A DNA stretch of 64,000 bases. Source: a virus. The DNA lies in IMG/VR virus record IMGVR_UViG_3300029267_002727, positions 1 through 64,000 of that record; one strand, written 5' to 3'. Positions 38,256 through 45,978 of the stretch are shown piece by piece. The translations under genes and the position numbers were made by a program. Each line of letters starts with the position of its first letter. Positions within the stretch are counted from its first letter, which is position 1. A model generated the notes under the pieces. The model did not search any database. It worked only from the letters and a program-made list of their open reading frames with translations, and had not been told where the DNA came from.

Positions 38256-38536
38256 CCTGTCGTCGAGTCCTTTCCAGCCATGGAGCCGAATAGGTTCGCG
38301 GGTACATAAACCTCCTCGGCATTCCCGTCGCTCTCTGCCTCTAGGATATCCATCGTCTCGTCCGGGGTAAGCAGGAACCCAACTAGCTCTTTGGCCCGCA
38401 CTGCGTACCATCGAAGCTCGCCATTGACCCGGACCCAGATATCGATAGAGGTGCCATTCTTGCGAAACCCGATCTCGCCCCTGGTTCTCGTGCACGTCAG
38501 AAACCCACTAAGCCTCCATGGCCGCAGCTTAAACAC
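38252..38536 (-). CDS. Hypothetical protein
   Basis: GTG after GGAGGAGG. Confidence 0.5.
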   Translation of the reverse strand: MFKLRPWRLSGFLTCTRTRGEIGFRKNGTSIDIWVRVNGELRWYAVRAKELVGFLLTPDETMDILEAESDGNAEEVYVPANLFGSMAGKDSTTG

Positions 38537-39368
38537 TGATCGCCTCCTCCGGATTCTCGTACCCATCAAACTCCTGATGATAGCCGATCTCGCCGGCGTC
38601 CAACTGTCTTACGGCCTCGTCCCTGGACAACTGTGCCACCCCAAGGATCTTCGCCTTGTCCCGTCGGCTAATCGAGCCGTCGCCGAATATCCCTGTCACC
38701 CTTACGTCCGGGAGAATGGCGGAGTAGAAACAGGCAGCCCTCAGCCGCTGTTGCGTCCAGTGGTCCCCATACCCCCACCTACCCCACGGAAGAGACATAT
38801 CTGCATGCGCAGGCAGGAACTTTTCGTAGAACGGGTGCCATTCGTACCCGATGGCCGCGAAGGCAATAGGCGTGCGGGCGACACACGCCCCGTGTACGAA
38901 TGGCACCTCTACAATCCCCCCTGGGCCACGGGGGGCATCGTCGGGAGGAGGGTCGGGGTGTCGGGCCACCCGTAAGCCTACCTGGCCCAGGACTTTCCCG
39001 TTCCACATCTCCGTGTTGTTCAACTTTATTGCCGCAAGTAGCTTTTCTAGCCAGCCCGCGGCGGCGATCATATCCGAGTCAAACTTGATCCCCACCGCTT
39101 TCTCGTTGAGCATATCATCTTCCCAGGGGCGCCACCCGGTGTTTACCCCCCGAGAGATGCTCATCGGCTCCGGGATGCGCAAGGCGTAGAACCCGTTGGT
39201 GCACCGTAGCCATTCCCAGCACCGGGTGTCTGTGGATCCGTTGTCCACCGGGACGATAACATGTGGAGGCCTTACCTGCTTGCGCAATGTCTCGAGGACG
39301 CGCTTGACACAATGGTGGCGTCTATTCTCGGCGGTGTTGAAAAACGGAACGGCGACAACCCCTATCAC
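38529..39368 (-). CDS. Glycosyltransferase family 2
   Basis: VPFFN, VDNGSTD, N.G, KFDSD, GAC, WGYGD. Confidence 0.85.
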   Translation of the reverse strand: MIGVVAVPFFNTAENRRHHCVKRVLETLRKQVRPPHVIVPVDNGSTDTRCWEWLRCTNGFYALRIPEPMSISRGVNTGWRPWEDDMLNEKAVGIKFDSDMIAAAGWLEKLLAAIKLNNTEMWNGKVLGQVGLRVARHPDPPPDDAPRGPGGIVEVPFVHGACVARTPIAFAAIGYEWHPFYEKFLPAHADMSLPWGRWGYGDHWTQQRLRAACFYSAILPDVRVTGIFGDGSISRRDKAKILGVAQLSRDEAVRQLDAGEIGYHQEFDGYENPEEAISV

Positions 39369-39676
39369 GAGTTCGCCACCTCGACCAACCACTTGCCCAT
39401 AGCGGCCGGAATCTGAACGACCAGGTCCCTGTGAAGTCGAACAACCGCCTTGATGCGATCCTGTTGCATCTTTGTGAATGGCGGTTTCTTGATCATCTTG
39501 CGGGCCTCGTCCAGGTCTATCACGCCCGCCTGGGCCAGCGCGGCCACTCCCTGATAGAGCAGTCCGAGACCCATGTTGTTGATCGCCGAGGCAGAGATGG
39601 CGACCTCTTCCACCGGGGGGATCGCGCGTTCTGTTACAGAATCTGCAAATTCGGCACCTACGTTACTCTTTTTCAT
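39365..39676 (-). CDS. Hypothetical protein
   Basis: ORF with AGGAG RBS. Confidence 0.5.
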   Translation of the reverse strand: MKKSNVGAEFADSVTERAIPPVEEVAISASAINNMGLGLLYQGVAALAQAGVIDLDEARKMIKKPPFTKMQQDRIKAVVRLHRDLVVQIPAAMGKWLVEVANS

Positions 39677-40373
39677 TTAATTGCTCCTGTAGGCGTAGCA
39701 TGGCTGCGCGCTGCTCGTGGTTCTGGCGTGTCAGCCTCGCAAGTAGCTCCTCGTACTCGTACACCATAGCGCCGGGCATACGCTCGCCTTTCTGTAACAG
39801 AACGGCCCAGTGCGACACATACGACGCATCGTAATTCGGTGTACGGAACATGCCATATCTGGCAAATTCCCGCATCCAATATGCAGTGGGGCGCGAGTTG
39901 ACGTGGGTGGGCTCGGTGTAGTCCTGGGGGTTACTGGAGAAGAGGACGTAATCGGCGCGCTGAGACATTAGGCCAATAGCGTTTTTTGCCGCAGCCGGCA
40001 GGAGGTGCTCGACGACCTCGATGCACACGACCAGGCTAAAACGGTCGAGCTCGTGCGCATAGGTTTCGGGGTTGCTGGCGTCCCCTCCCCACACAAAATC
40101 CTGGTACTCGTCCGGCACACACTGAATAGCATGATTCGAGACATCAAACCCGAATGCTCGCACCCCCCTCTTTCGGAGGGCTGCCACCAGCATGCCCATC
40201 GCACACCCAACGTCCAACACTGTCTCCGGGCCAACGTCGGTCACGATCCGGTCTGCTATGGCATCAAAGAACGACAACCAGGGCTCCTCGTATTGATAGG
40301 GCCGCTCCCCGAGTCCGTGTTGATAGTAATGGTTCAAGTACAGATTGTCCAGACGCCCTCGAAGATTAGTCAT
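39663..40373 (-). CDS. Class I SAM-dependent methyltransferase
   Basis: VLDVGCAMG, G.DVS, VVCIEVVEHL, HVN. Confidence 0.9.
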   Translation of the reverse strand: MTNLRGRLDNLYLNHYYQHGLGERPYQYEEPWLSFFDAIADRIVTDVGPETVLDVGCAMGMLVAALRKRGVRAFGFDVSNHAIQCVPDEYQDFVWGGDASNPETYAHELDRFSLVVCIEVVEHLLPAAAKNAIGLMSQRADYVLFSSNPQDYTEPTHVNSRPTAYWMREFARYGMFRTPNYDASYVSHWAVLLQKGERMPGAMVYEYEELLARLTRQNHEQRAAMLRLQEQLNEKE

Positions 40374-40599
40374 GCGCGAAAAACTCCACTATCCCTTTTG
40401 ATGTAGCATCCAAAGATACTGTTGGCGCGATCTCCCAGATCAGCGATATGACAAGGAAGAGTAATGCAAGGCCCAGACCCGGCAGAAACAACATGGCAAG
40501 AAGCGACTGGGCGTTGTGCTTTTTGTCGTAGGCTCCGAATGCAACGCCGCTTATAAAGCCCCAGAAGAAGATGTACACACCGACAAGAATCTCAGACAT
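40366..40599 (-). CDS. Small membrane protein (2 TM)
   Basis: Two hydrophobic segments. Confidence 0.55.
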   Translation of the reverse strand: MSEILVGVYIFFWGFISGVAFGAYDKKHNAQSLLAMLFLPGLGLALLFLVISLIWEIAPTVSLDATSKGIVEFFAHD

Positions 40600-41103
40600 C
40601 TACCCTGATCCAGCTAGTACCCACTTTAGGGTTGTTACTCTAAACTTCTTCCTTCCCCAATCCAAGTAGATGGGGCCTCCGTCCATCGCCCAATGAAGAA
40701 TATCAGACGTCAACAGCCCCGCAACCAACCCTATCGTCATCTCTGTGGAAAGAGGCCATTGCACACTAAAAATCCTTAGACATGCATGTATGTAAGCCAC
40801 CCTGCCGGCGGTCCCCACCACCGGGAAATGGGAAAGTACGTGTCTGTGCCGACAAACCCGGGCATAGGGATCCCAAACCGCCAACCACAGATACCCGACG
40901 ACGGGGAGCCACTTGATGAGCTTTCTCTCCCCATGGTGAATAATGATCTGGTCAATCTGGTCAAGGTCCGGCCCAACGAAGATTCCCAGAACGCACCCCG
41001 CCGCTGCAAAGAGCCCGACCCAGGGATCCACCATCGCGGCGACGAGCAATCCGGTAGGGATTGCGGCCAGGAGGGAAGCCGCTGCATGGGCTTTACCATC
41101 CAT
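40600..41103 (-). CDS. DUF2227-like membrane metal-binding protein
   Basis: G.AH, PDLD, W.PY....RHR..LSH.P..GT..R..Y, H...D. Confidence 0.75.
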   Translation of the reverse strand: MDGKAHAAASLLAAIPTGLLVAAMVDPWVGLFAAAGCVLGIFVGPDLDQIDQIIIHHGERKLIKWLPVVGYLWLAVWDPYARVCRHRHVLSHFPVVGTAGRVAYIHACLRIFSVQWPLSTEMTIGLVAGLLTSDILHWAMDGGPIYLDWGRKKFRVTTLKWVLAGSG

Positions 41104-41129
41104 CTACCATCTCGTACTTCTCCAGAAAC

Positions 41130-41459
41130 TCATTTGAGCTCATCCTCCAGAGCGCCCAGGTATGGCTCTAGCCCATATCCCAAATGCTGGTCATGGGCAT
41201 AGTTCAATAGGTCCTCGGCCGCCCTCCGCAGGCTCTTTTTGCGCCGGGGAAGAAAACCCACCAATCGCCCGAGGAAGTAGTCGTCCGCGAGTACCCTTAG
41301 CCCGATCAACCCAAAGGCCAAGATCGCCACCTTCACCGTGAAAACCCCCCACCCTGGGCCGACCATCTCCACCCCGCATACGCGAACTACCGCCCCCTGC
41401 AACATCCCCAGCAGAACCAGGATAACCAGTCTCGTTATAGACTCCCAGACGAAACGCAT
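41130..41459 (-). CDS. Membrane protein
   Basis: Two hydrophobic helices. Confidence 0.5.
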   Translation of the reverse strand: MRFVWESITRLVILVLLGMLQGAVVRVCGVEMVGPGWGVFTVKVAILAFGLIGLRVLADDYFLGRLVGFLPRRKKSLRRAAEDLLNYAHDQHLGYGLEPYLGALEDELK

Positions 41460-41550
41460 GTCATCCCCCATGCGAAAACAGGCGCGCCATTGCCGGAAAG
41501 CAATGACATGCCTGCCCCAATAGATGAAACAAGGACGCGCCCATATTTCT

Positions 41551-41590
41551 ATTTTAGCGCAAAAACCATAGCTGTCAAGGGGTCAATTCA
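41551..41590 (-). promoter_or_regulatory. sigma70-type promoter TGAATTGA-CCCC-TTGACA-16-TAAAAT
   Basis: Consensus hexamers plus the shared upstream AATT. Confidence 0.65.
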
Positions 41591-41804
41591 AGGGTACGAT
41601 CTGCTCCTCCCGCAATTCGAGGTCGTGCCGCTGCTCGTTGCAACTGGAACAGCGAATGATCCCCGCCCGCCCCGGAGAGATGTTGTCGTACGACTGGTCC
41701 ATCAGGTGGCCCGTCTCATCGAAACGCGTGACAGCCCAGCCGATCACCTGCCGCTTCAGATATACACCACAAAGAGACCCGCAATGAGGACAAGCAGGAA
41801 GCAT
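41583..41804 (-). CDS. Zinc-finger protein (CPHC...CSSC)
   Basis: ATG after GGGGAGG; first gene of the leftward arm. Confidence 0.6.
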   Translation of the reverse strand: MLPACPHCGSLCGVYLKRQVIGWAVTRFDETGHLMDQSYDNISPGRAGIIRCSSCNEQRHDLELREEQIVPLN

Positions 41805-41900
41805 ACCAACCTCCCCACAGACCAAGAGGGCGCCCACGAGCCCGTCCGATGTGTGCGTAACTCCGTGGCGCCCTCACCAGCATGTCTGATAAGCGCTTCA

Positions 41901-41940
41901 ATGATACCACGGGAGAGGCAGGCAGTCAAGAGGCCAATTG
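41901..41940 (-). promoter_or_regulatory. sigma70-type promoter AATTGG-CCTC-TTGACT-17-TATCAT (extended -10 TG)
   Basis: Consensus elements at the head of the leftward arm. Confidence 0.7.
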
Positions 41941-42046
41941 GCATGCCCAACCTTAATGCGCGCGCCAGTCAGAATAGGTAGTAGTAATGACTGTAGATGA
42001 AGGTGGGGTCGCATCTACAACAAAATCATATAAGGAGGCAGGGGCA

Positions 42047-42265
42047 ATGTCAATCGTAGACCTGGATCAAGACAAGCGCGCAGCATTCGCAATGTACTTT
42101 TACGGCCATCGCGCGAGCCTGAATAAGGCCCTTGCAATGGCGGGGCTCTCTTATCTCGATCAAGAGGCCGCTTTGTTCGTTCGTCCTAATATGCCCATCA
42201 ATGCCGAGATTCTCGACAATGGGGATATTATCATTCGTAGGCGCTGGCAACGACCAGTGCGCTAG
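42047..42265 (+). CDS. Hypothetical pre-early protein
   Basis: AAGGAGG RBS, ATG at 42047. Confidence 0.6.
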   Translation: MSIVDLDQDKRAAFAMYFYGHRASLNKALAMAGLSYLDQEAALFVRPNMPINAEILDNGDIIIRRRWQRPVR

Positions 42266-42280
42266 TATAAGGAGAATAAG

Positions 42281-42418
42281 ATGCACAGCTATGGCGACGA
42301 TCACAACCCGATGCTCCGTATCCTGCTCATTGCACCGTTCGCGGCAGCAGTCGTCATGTTGGGGATGTATCTGATCCCCACCATCAGCACCATTATGGCG
42401 ACACTCACCTCGTTCTAG
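42281..42418 (+). CDS. Small membrane peptide (45 aa, not in the ORF track)
   Basis: AAGGAG RBS; MHSYGDDHNPMLRILLIAPFAAAVVMLGMYLIPTISTIMATLTSF. Confidence 0.6.
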   Translation: MHSYGDDHNPMLRILLIAPFAAAVVMLGMYLIPTISTIMATLTSF

Positions 42419-42425
42419 TCTCTAT

Positions 42426-42513
42426 CACCCATCCTTGTGGCAGCCTTCGGGCATTTGACTTGGATGGGTGCAGAGCATAGCACATACAACTGTGTATGTG
42501 CTGCGTTCTGCAC
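42426..42513 (+). promoter_or_regulatory. Overlapping double-hairpin intergenic element
   Basis: CACCCATCC/GGATGGGTG (with an inner cUUCGg loop) overlaps a ~21-bp stem at 42468-42513. Confidence 0.6.
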
Positions 42514-42535
42514 AATATCATATAGGAGGAAGATC

Positions 42536-42721
42536 ATGAAGACAACAGTATTGGTATTCAAGAACGATGCAGGGGACATCATCATCATTCGTAGCCGCTT
42601 CTCCTTGAGCGAGGCCGATCCCGCCAAGCTCTCGCCGTTCGAGCGCTGTGTGGCAGCAAAGGCCAGGGAGAAGGGGCTGCACGTAGAGATTGGGGAGCTC
42701 ACAATCCCCAGCCCCGCATAA
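42536..42721 (+). CDS. Hypothetical pre-early protein
   Basis: AGGAGG RBS. Confidence 0.6.
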   Translation: MKTTVLVFKNDAGDIIIIRSRFSLSEADPAKLSPFERCVAAKAREKGLHVEIGELTIPSPA

Positions 42722-42730
42722 CAATATACA

Positions 42731-42820
42731 CCTGGCCCTATCCAGCATAGGGCCCAGGTCAGAATTGTCTATATGCAAATGTAGACAGTTCTGACCTGGG
42801 AGCGCTCCGTTGTGGAGCGC
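42731..42820 (+). repeat. GCAA-tetraloop 22-bp hairpin module, copy 1
   Basis: CCCAGGTCAGAATTGTCTATAT-GCAA-ATGTAGACAGTTCTGACCTGGG at 42753-42800, with flanking hairpins. Confidence 0.75.
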
Positions 42821-42860
42821 CTATATATGCTCTCTCTTCAGAGGGCAGGAGGTTATTAGC

Positions 42861-43169
42861 ATGAACGCCATCAAGTTTGACGGGCTGCTCTTTCTCAGTA
42901 TCGACAAGCTGGCAGCTTACATCGGCCGTCGATATGGTTATCTGGCAGGCGTGCCAGAGGATCACCCTCAGATCGCTGTTGTGTCTGCTCTGCACGGGCT
43001 CAGCGAAGAATACTTCTTTGATCTCGAGGGCATAGCTGTGCAGAGGCCAAGGCACGACTGGCCAGAAACCCCGCAATGGGCCAAGGATATGGCAGAGAGC
43101 TACGGCTACCCACAACCCTCTTATGAGGAGGACGACATAGCCGATGGGCAATGCACTATGTGGGACTAA
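42861..43169 (+). CDS. Hypothetical acidic pre-early protein
   Basis: AGGAGG RBS. Confidence 0.6.
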   Translation: MNAIKFDGLLFLSIDKLAAYIGRRYGYLAGVPEDHPQIAVVSALHGLSEEYFFDLEGIAVQRPRHDWPETPQWAKDMAESYGYPQPSYEEDDIADGQCTMWD

Positions 43170-43181
43170 CAACTAAATAGA

Positions 43182-43270
43182 GGGCCCTGTACTAGCAGGG
43201 CCCCAAACCAGAATTGCCTATATGCAAATGTAGACAATTCTGGTTTGGGATGCGGGGGTAATAGTGCCCC
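43182..43270 (+). repeat. GCAA-tetraloop 22-bp hairpin module, copy 2
   Basis: CCCAAACCAGAATTGCCTATAT-GCAA-ATGTAGACAATTCTGGTTTGGG at 43202-43249. Confidence 0.75.
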
Positions 43271-43278
43271 CACATGTT

Positions 43279-43424
43279 AATGGGCCATTGCTGAGAGCCC
43301 CGCGAGAAGCCAAGTCAGGCTACATACCTTGGGCTTGCCCTCCGTATAAGTAGCTGCCGTGCGACCAACACGGTACTGGCGTAGCAGGAGACGTCCTGCG
43401 CGGGCTTCTCAGCAGTGGCCCATT
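43279..43424 (+). ncRNA. Candidate structured ncRNA / leader (~146 nt)
   Basis: ~25-bp closing stem enclosing three hairpins and a possible pseudoknot. Confidence 0.55.
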
Positions 43425-43447
43425 TTTCTATAGGAGGTGTATAGGAA

Positions 43448-43588
43448 GTGCGCAATGGAAAGGCCGCAGTATATATCGTGCTTGCGGCGAGCCTGGTTTG
43501 CGCAGGGCTCGCCTCGCCCCTGATCCTGGAGGCGCTGGAGTTCATCGCCCAAGTCCTATGGTACATGTTCCTGGGGCCTATTCAGTAG
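43448..43588 (+). CDS. Small membrane protein (46 aa, not in the ORF track)
   Basis: GTG start; MRNGKAAVYIVLAASLVCAGLASPLILEALEFIAQVLWYMFLGPIQ. Confidence 0.5.
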   Translation: MRNGKAAVYIVLAASLVCAGLASPLILEALEFIAQVLWYMFLGPIQ

Positions 43589-43600
43589 AGGAGGAATCCG

Positions 43601-43807
43601 ATGATCGAAAACGTGTACGGCAACCCCTGGATCCACATGATCAATCAGGCCATCCTGGCCAACCCGGCGCCCCTCGTGGCGCCCCCGTCCCACACCAAGG
43701 GCGTCTGCCCGCCTTACTCTGGGCCCTCCAAGAGGACCCGGGCCAAGCGTGCGGCCAAGCGTCACCCGCGCCGCGGCACAGGGAACTGCGGTAGGCAGCG
43801 CTCATGA
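43601..43807 (+). CDS. Small basic hypothetical protein
   Basis: GAGGAGG RBS. Confidence 0.55.
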   Translation: MIENVYGNPWIHMINQAILANPAPLVAPPSHTKGVCPPYSGPSKRTRAKRAAKRHPRRGTGNCGRQRS

Positions 43808-43989
43808 TCACCCTCGAGTATCAGTTCAAGTCGGATGCCGAGAGAGACTTTCTGGCCAGCTACATCTTCAACCAGGCCCTCGGCATGAAGGAGGTGGCAA
43901 AAGAGGCCGTCCTCCCAGGTGAGCGCGAGAAGCTAGAGAACAAGGCGCAGGCCCTGCGCCGGCTCGCGGTCGCGATCGACAACACATAG
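43804..43989 (+). CDS. Hypothetical protein
   Basis: ATGA-coupled. Confidence 0.55.
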   Translation: MITLEYQFKSDAERDFLASYIFNQALGMKEVAKEAVLPGEREKLENKAQALRRLAVAIDNT

Positions 43990-44041
43990 GGGTTCCAGCT
44001 TGGGCGTCGTATCAAAACATCTTACACAGCACAAAAGAATA

Positions 44042-44150
44042 GCCTGCTGGCGGGCATTGTACACCAGCGCCTAACTGGTTGAAATAGACCAGACGAATCT
44101 GTAACCCGTCTCGTGGCGGGTGTGGCCTCCCAGCGGTTTGGGCGGCCGAA
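44042..44150 (+). ncRNA. Pseudoknot plus hairpin array (candidate structured RNA)
   Basis: GCCT/GGGC with GCTGG/CCAGC; CTGGTT/GACCAG; ACCCGTC/GGCGGGT; GGCC.CCCA/TGGG.GGCC. Confidence 0.45.
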
Positions 44151-44152
44151 AC

Positions 44153-44259
44153 GCGTAAGCTCGGCGGGGGCTTACGCAAAAACCTTAAAGCCTCTATAAG
44201 GTTTTTGCGTGTGCCCCGGCTACGGCTCGAGGCGCCAATCTTCCGTGGAGGTAGGTTCG
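44153..44259 (+). repeat. Structured leader repeat, copy 1
   Basis: Shares TGCGTGTGCCCCGGCTACGGCTCGWGGCRCCAATCTTCCGTGGAGGTA with 44585-44693. Confidence 0.8.
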
Positions 44260-44574
44260 ATGGGTATGTACTGCGACGTTTATGGGGTCGAGGTCAAGAT
44301 GGCCGGCCTGCTCGCCGTTGCCGCTGACGAAGTCGTGGGTGGCGATGACTGCGGGGTCGTTGTCATCTCACGCGAAGACGCCATGGAGATCCTGTCCGTG
44401 ATGCGTGGCGAACTGCTGAACGGCTGGGCCAACAAGGCCAACGTTTACAGTGGGGACGCCCCGCTTTCGGGTGTTCAGGATATCCTTCACTTCGCCGGTG
44501 ATGTGGTCGCATTCAGGCAGCTCCTGCTATGGGTAGCCTATGAGAAAGGAGAAGAGGAGCTAGTGTTCGCCTGA
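44260..44574 (+). CDS. Hypothetical protein
   Basis: ATG after the GGAGGT of the leader repeat. Confidence 0.6.
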   Translation: MGMYCDVYGVEVKMAGLLAVAADEVVGGDDCGVVVISREDAMEILSVMRGELLNGWANKANVYSGDAPLSGVQDILHFAGDVVAFRQLLLWVAYEKGEEELVFA

Positions 44575-44584
44575 CAATCAAATA

Positions 44585-44693
44585 GCGCAAGTTCCAGCCG
44601 GGGCTTGCGCAGAGCTCACTCTCACAAGAGGGTGATCTCTGCGTGTGCCCCGGCTACGGCTCGTGGCACCAATCTTCCGTGGAGGTAAGTTCA
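44585..44693 (+). repeat. Structured leader repeat, copy 2
   Basis: Homologous to copy 1. Confidence 0.8.
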
Positions 44694-45398
44694 GTGTCTC
44701 AGTCCAAGTTTTCTCTCGCGTTGGTTGCGCTCTTGAGCGTGGCCCTCGGGGCCGTCCTGGCCCTGCTGATCGCTCGCCCCGCAGCCTCCGTGGCTGCCCC
44801 CCAGACCTCTGGCCCCGCGGCCTCCGTGGCTGCCCCCCAGGCCTCTGGCCTGTTGTCCCAGTCCGAGATGGAATCGCTGGCTGCCAATCGCGTGGAGTTC
44901 GTGCGTGAAGATGGCGCCCGCTGCACCATTCTCTCCAACGGCGAGCTCGACTGCGAGTGCTGCCAGTGCCAGCAGGAGGCCGCCCCGTGCATCAATACCA
45001 CACCTGTGGTTACCGTGTCCGCACCCGTCACGTTCACGAAGGTCGTCACCGTACAACTCCCGTGCAAGGAAGTTGCTACCGAGGACGAAGAGGCGTTCCT
45101 GATCGACGATCCCCCGGATCGCCCCGATGATCCCGGTGATGAGCCTGACACGCCCGATGGGCCCGATACGCCTGATGACCCCGGCGATCCCGACACGCCC
45201 GATGATCCCGGTGATGAGCCCGACACGCCTGACAAGCCCGACAGGCCAGCCGATGATGGCGACAAGGAGGGCAACGGGAACAATGGCGTGGGGAACGGCT
45301 ATGACCCGCAGCCCAAGGGTGACCCCAAACCCAACGACACCGGGGACGATATGGGCCCCGGTAACCCAGACAACAAGGGCGGCAAGAAGGACAAGTAA
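44694..45398 (+). CDS. Secreted/membrane-anchored protein with Cys cluster, acidic D/P repeats and GNNGVGNG.DPQP tail
   Basis: GTG after GGAGGT; N-terminal TM/signal; PDDPGDEPDT repeats; duplicated PAASVAAPQxSG. Confidence 0.7.
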   Translation: MSQSKFSLALVALLSVALGAVLALLIARPAASVAAPQTSGPAASVAAPQASGLLSQSEMESLAANRVEFVREDGARCTILSNGELDCECCQCQQEAAPCINTTPVVTVSAPVTFTKVVTVQLPCKEVATEDEEAFLIDDPPDRPDDPGDEPDTPDGPDTPDDPGDPDTPDDPGDEPDTPDKPDRPADDGDKEGNGNNGVGNGYDPQPKGDPKPNDTGDDMGPGNPDNKGGKKDK

Positions 45399-45409
45399 AG
45401 GAAAGGGCA

Positions 45410-45640
45410 ATGAAATACAGGACGGCAGCAGGCAGGGCGTTCAAGATCCCGGCCGGCTCCCACGTGCACGTGGAGGTCAGGCCAGATGAAATCATCGTCA
45501 CCAGGGGGAACGGTGGCGTCGCAAACGAACTCCTGGAGGCCGCAGTCAAGAACGGCATCCAGTACACACCGCAGGGAGACCTGCGCCTTGTTTCGGACAC
45601 CCTCAGAAGGACCGGGGGCGTCTTTCATCTCAAAGGATAG
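45410..45640 (+). CDS. Hypothetical protein
   Basis: Operon packing. Confidence 0.55.
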   Translation: MKYRTAAGRAFKIPAGSHVHVEVRPDEIIVTRGNGGVANELLEAAVKNGIQYTPQGDLRLVSDTLRRTGGVFHLKG

Positions 45641-45648
45641 GAGGCAAG

Positions 45649-45978
45649 ATGGACATCACGAGCATAACGCAAGAGATCGCCGAGGTCGGCCCCGAGACCA
45701 CTGATTATCGGAACGTCCGCCAGCGCGCGATAGACGCTGGCGCTACCGAGCTCTGCATCATCATCCAGTACAGTAATAACCTCGGTGCTGGTGTGATGCG
45801 GTGCCTCGTGGATGGGATCGAGAAGAACGTGCCCGCCCCCATGTGGAAGGCCGTCGAATGGCTGGACGGGTACGTCGTGCGCGACACCCCCGACGAAGGG
45901 GGGATGGTGCGGTACGTCGTGGGCCCCGTGGACTTCGAGGACGCGCGGCGCCGCTACAAGGAGGAGTACCGTGCCTAG
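45649..45978 (+). CDS. Hypothetical protein
   Basis: AGGAGG RBS. Confidence 0.6.
   Translation: MDITSITQEIAEVGPETTDYRNVRQRAIDAGATELCIIIQYSNNLGAGVMRCLVDGIEKNVPAPMWKAVEWLDGYVVRDTPDEGGMVRYVVGPVDFEDARRRYKEEYRA

Noticed and set aside
331-41200. Numerous plus-strand ORFs in the left arm (e.g. 19563-20783, 12361-13251)
   Set aside because: They are antisense shadows of GC-rich coding genes, with no RBS or recognisable motifs.
43279-43424. tRNA (including tRNA-Sec) or SRP/tmRNA
   Set aside because: No T-loop GTTC, acceptor CCA or SRP GGAA-loop consensus was recognised.
44068-44160. Possible hammerhead or HDV-like ribozyme (GGCC...GGCCGAAAC; GCC-TCCCAGC-GGT)
   Set aside because: There is no CUGANGA core for a hammerhead, and the HDV-like P2/L3/J4-2 fit is weak. 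Kept only as a generic structured RNA.
42731-44693. CRISPR array or mini-array
   Set aside because: The repeats occur in pairs separated by whole genes rather than 30-40 nt spacers, and no cas genes are present.
44209-44693. Shared N-terminal peptide MCPGYGS...SSVEV on two ORFs
   Set aside because: It is an artefact of the repeated leader; true starts follow GGAGGT at 44260 and 44694.
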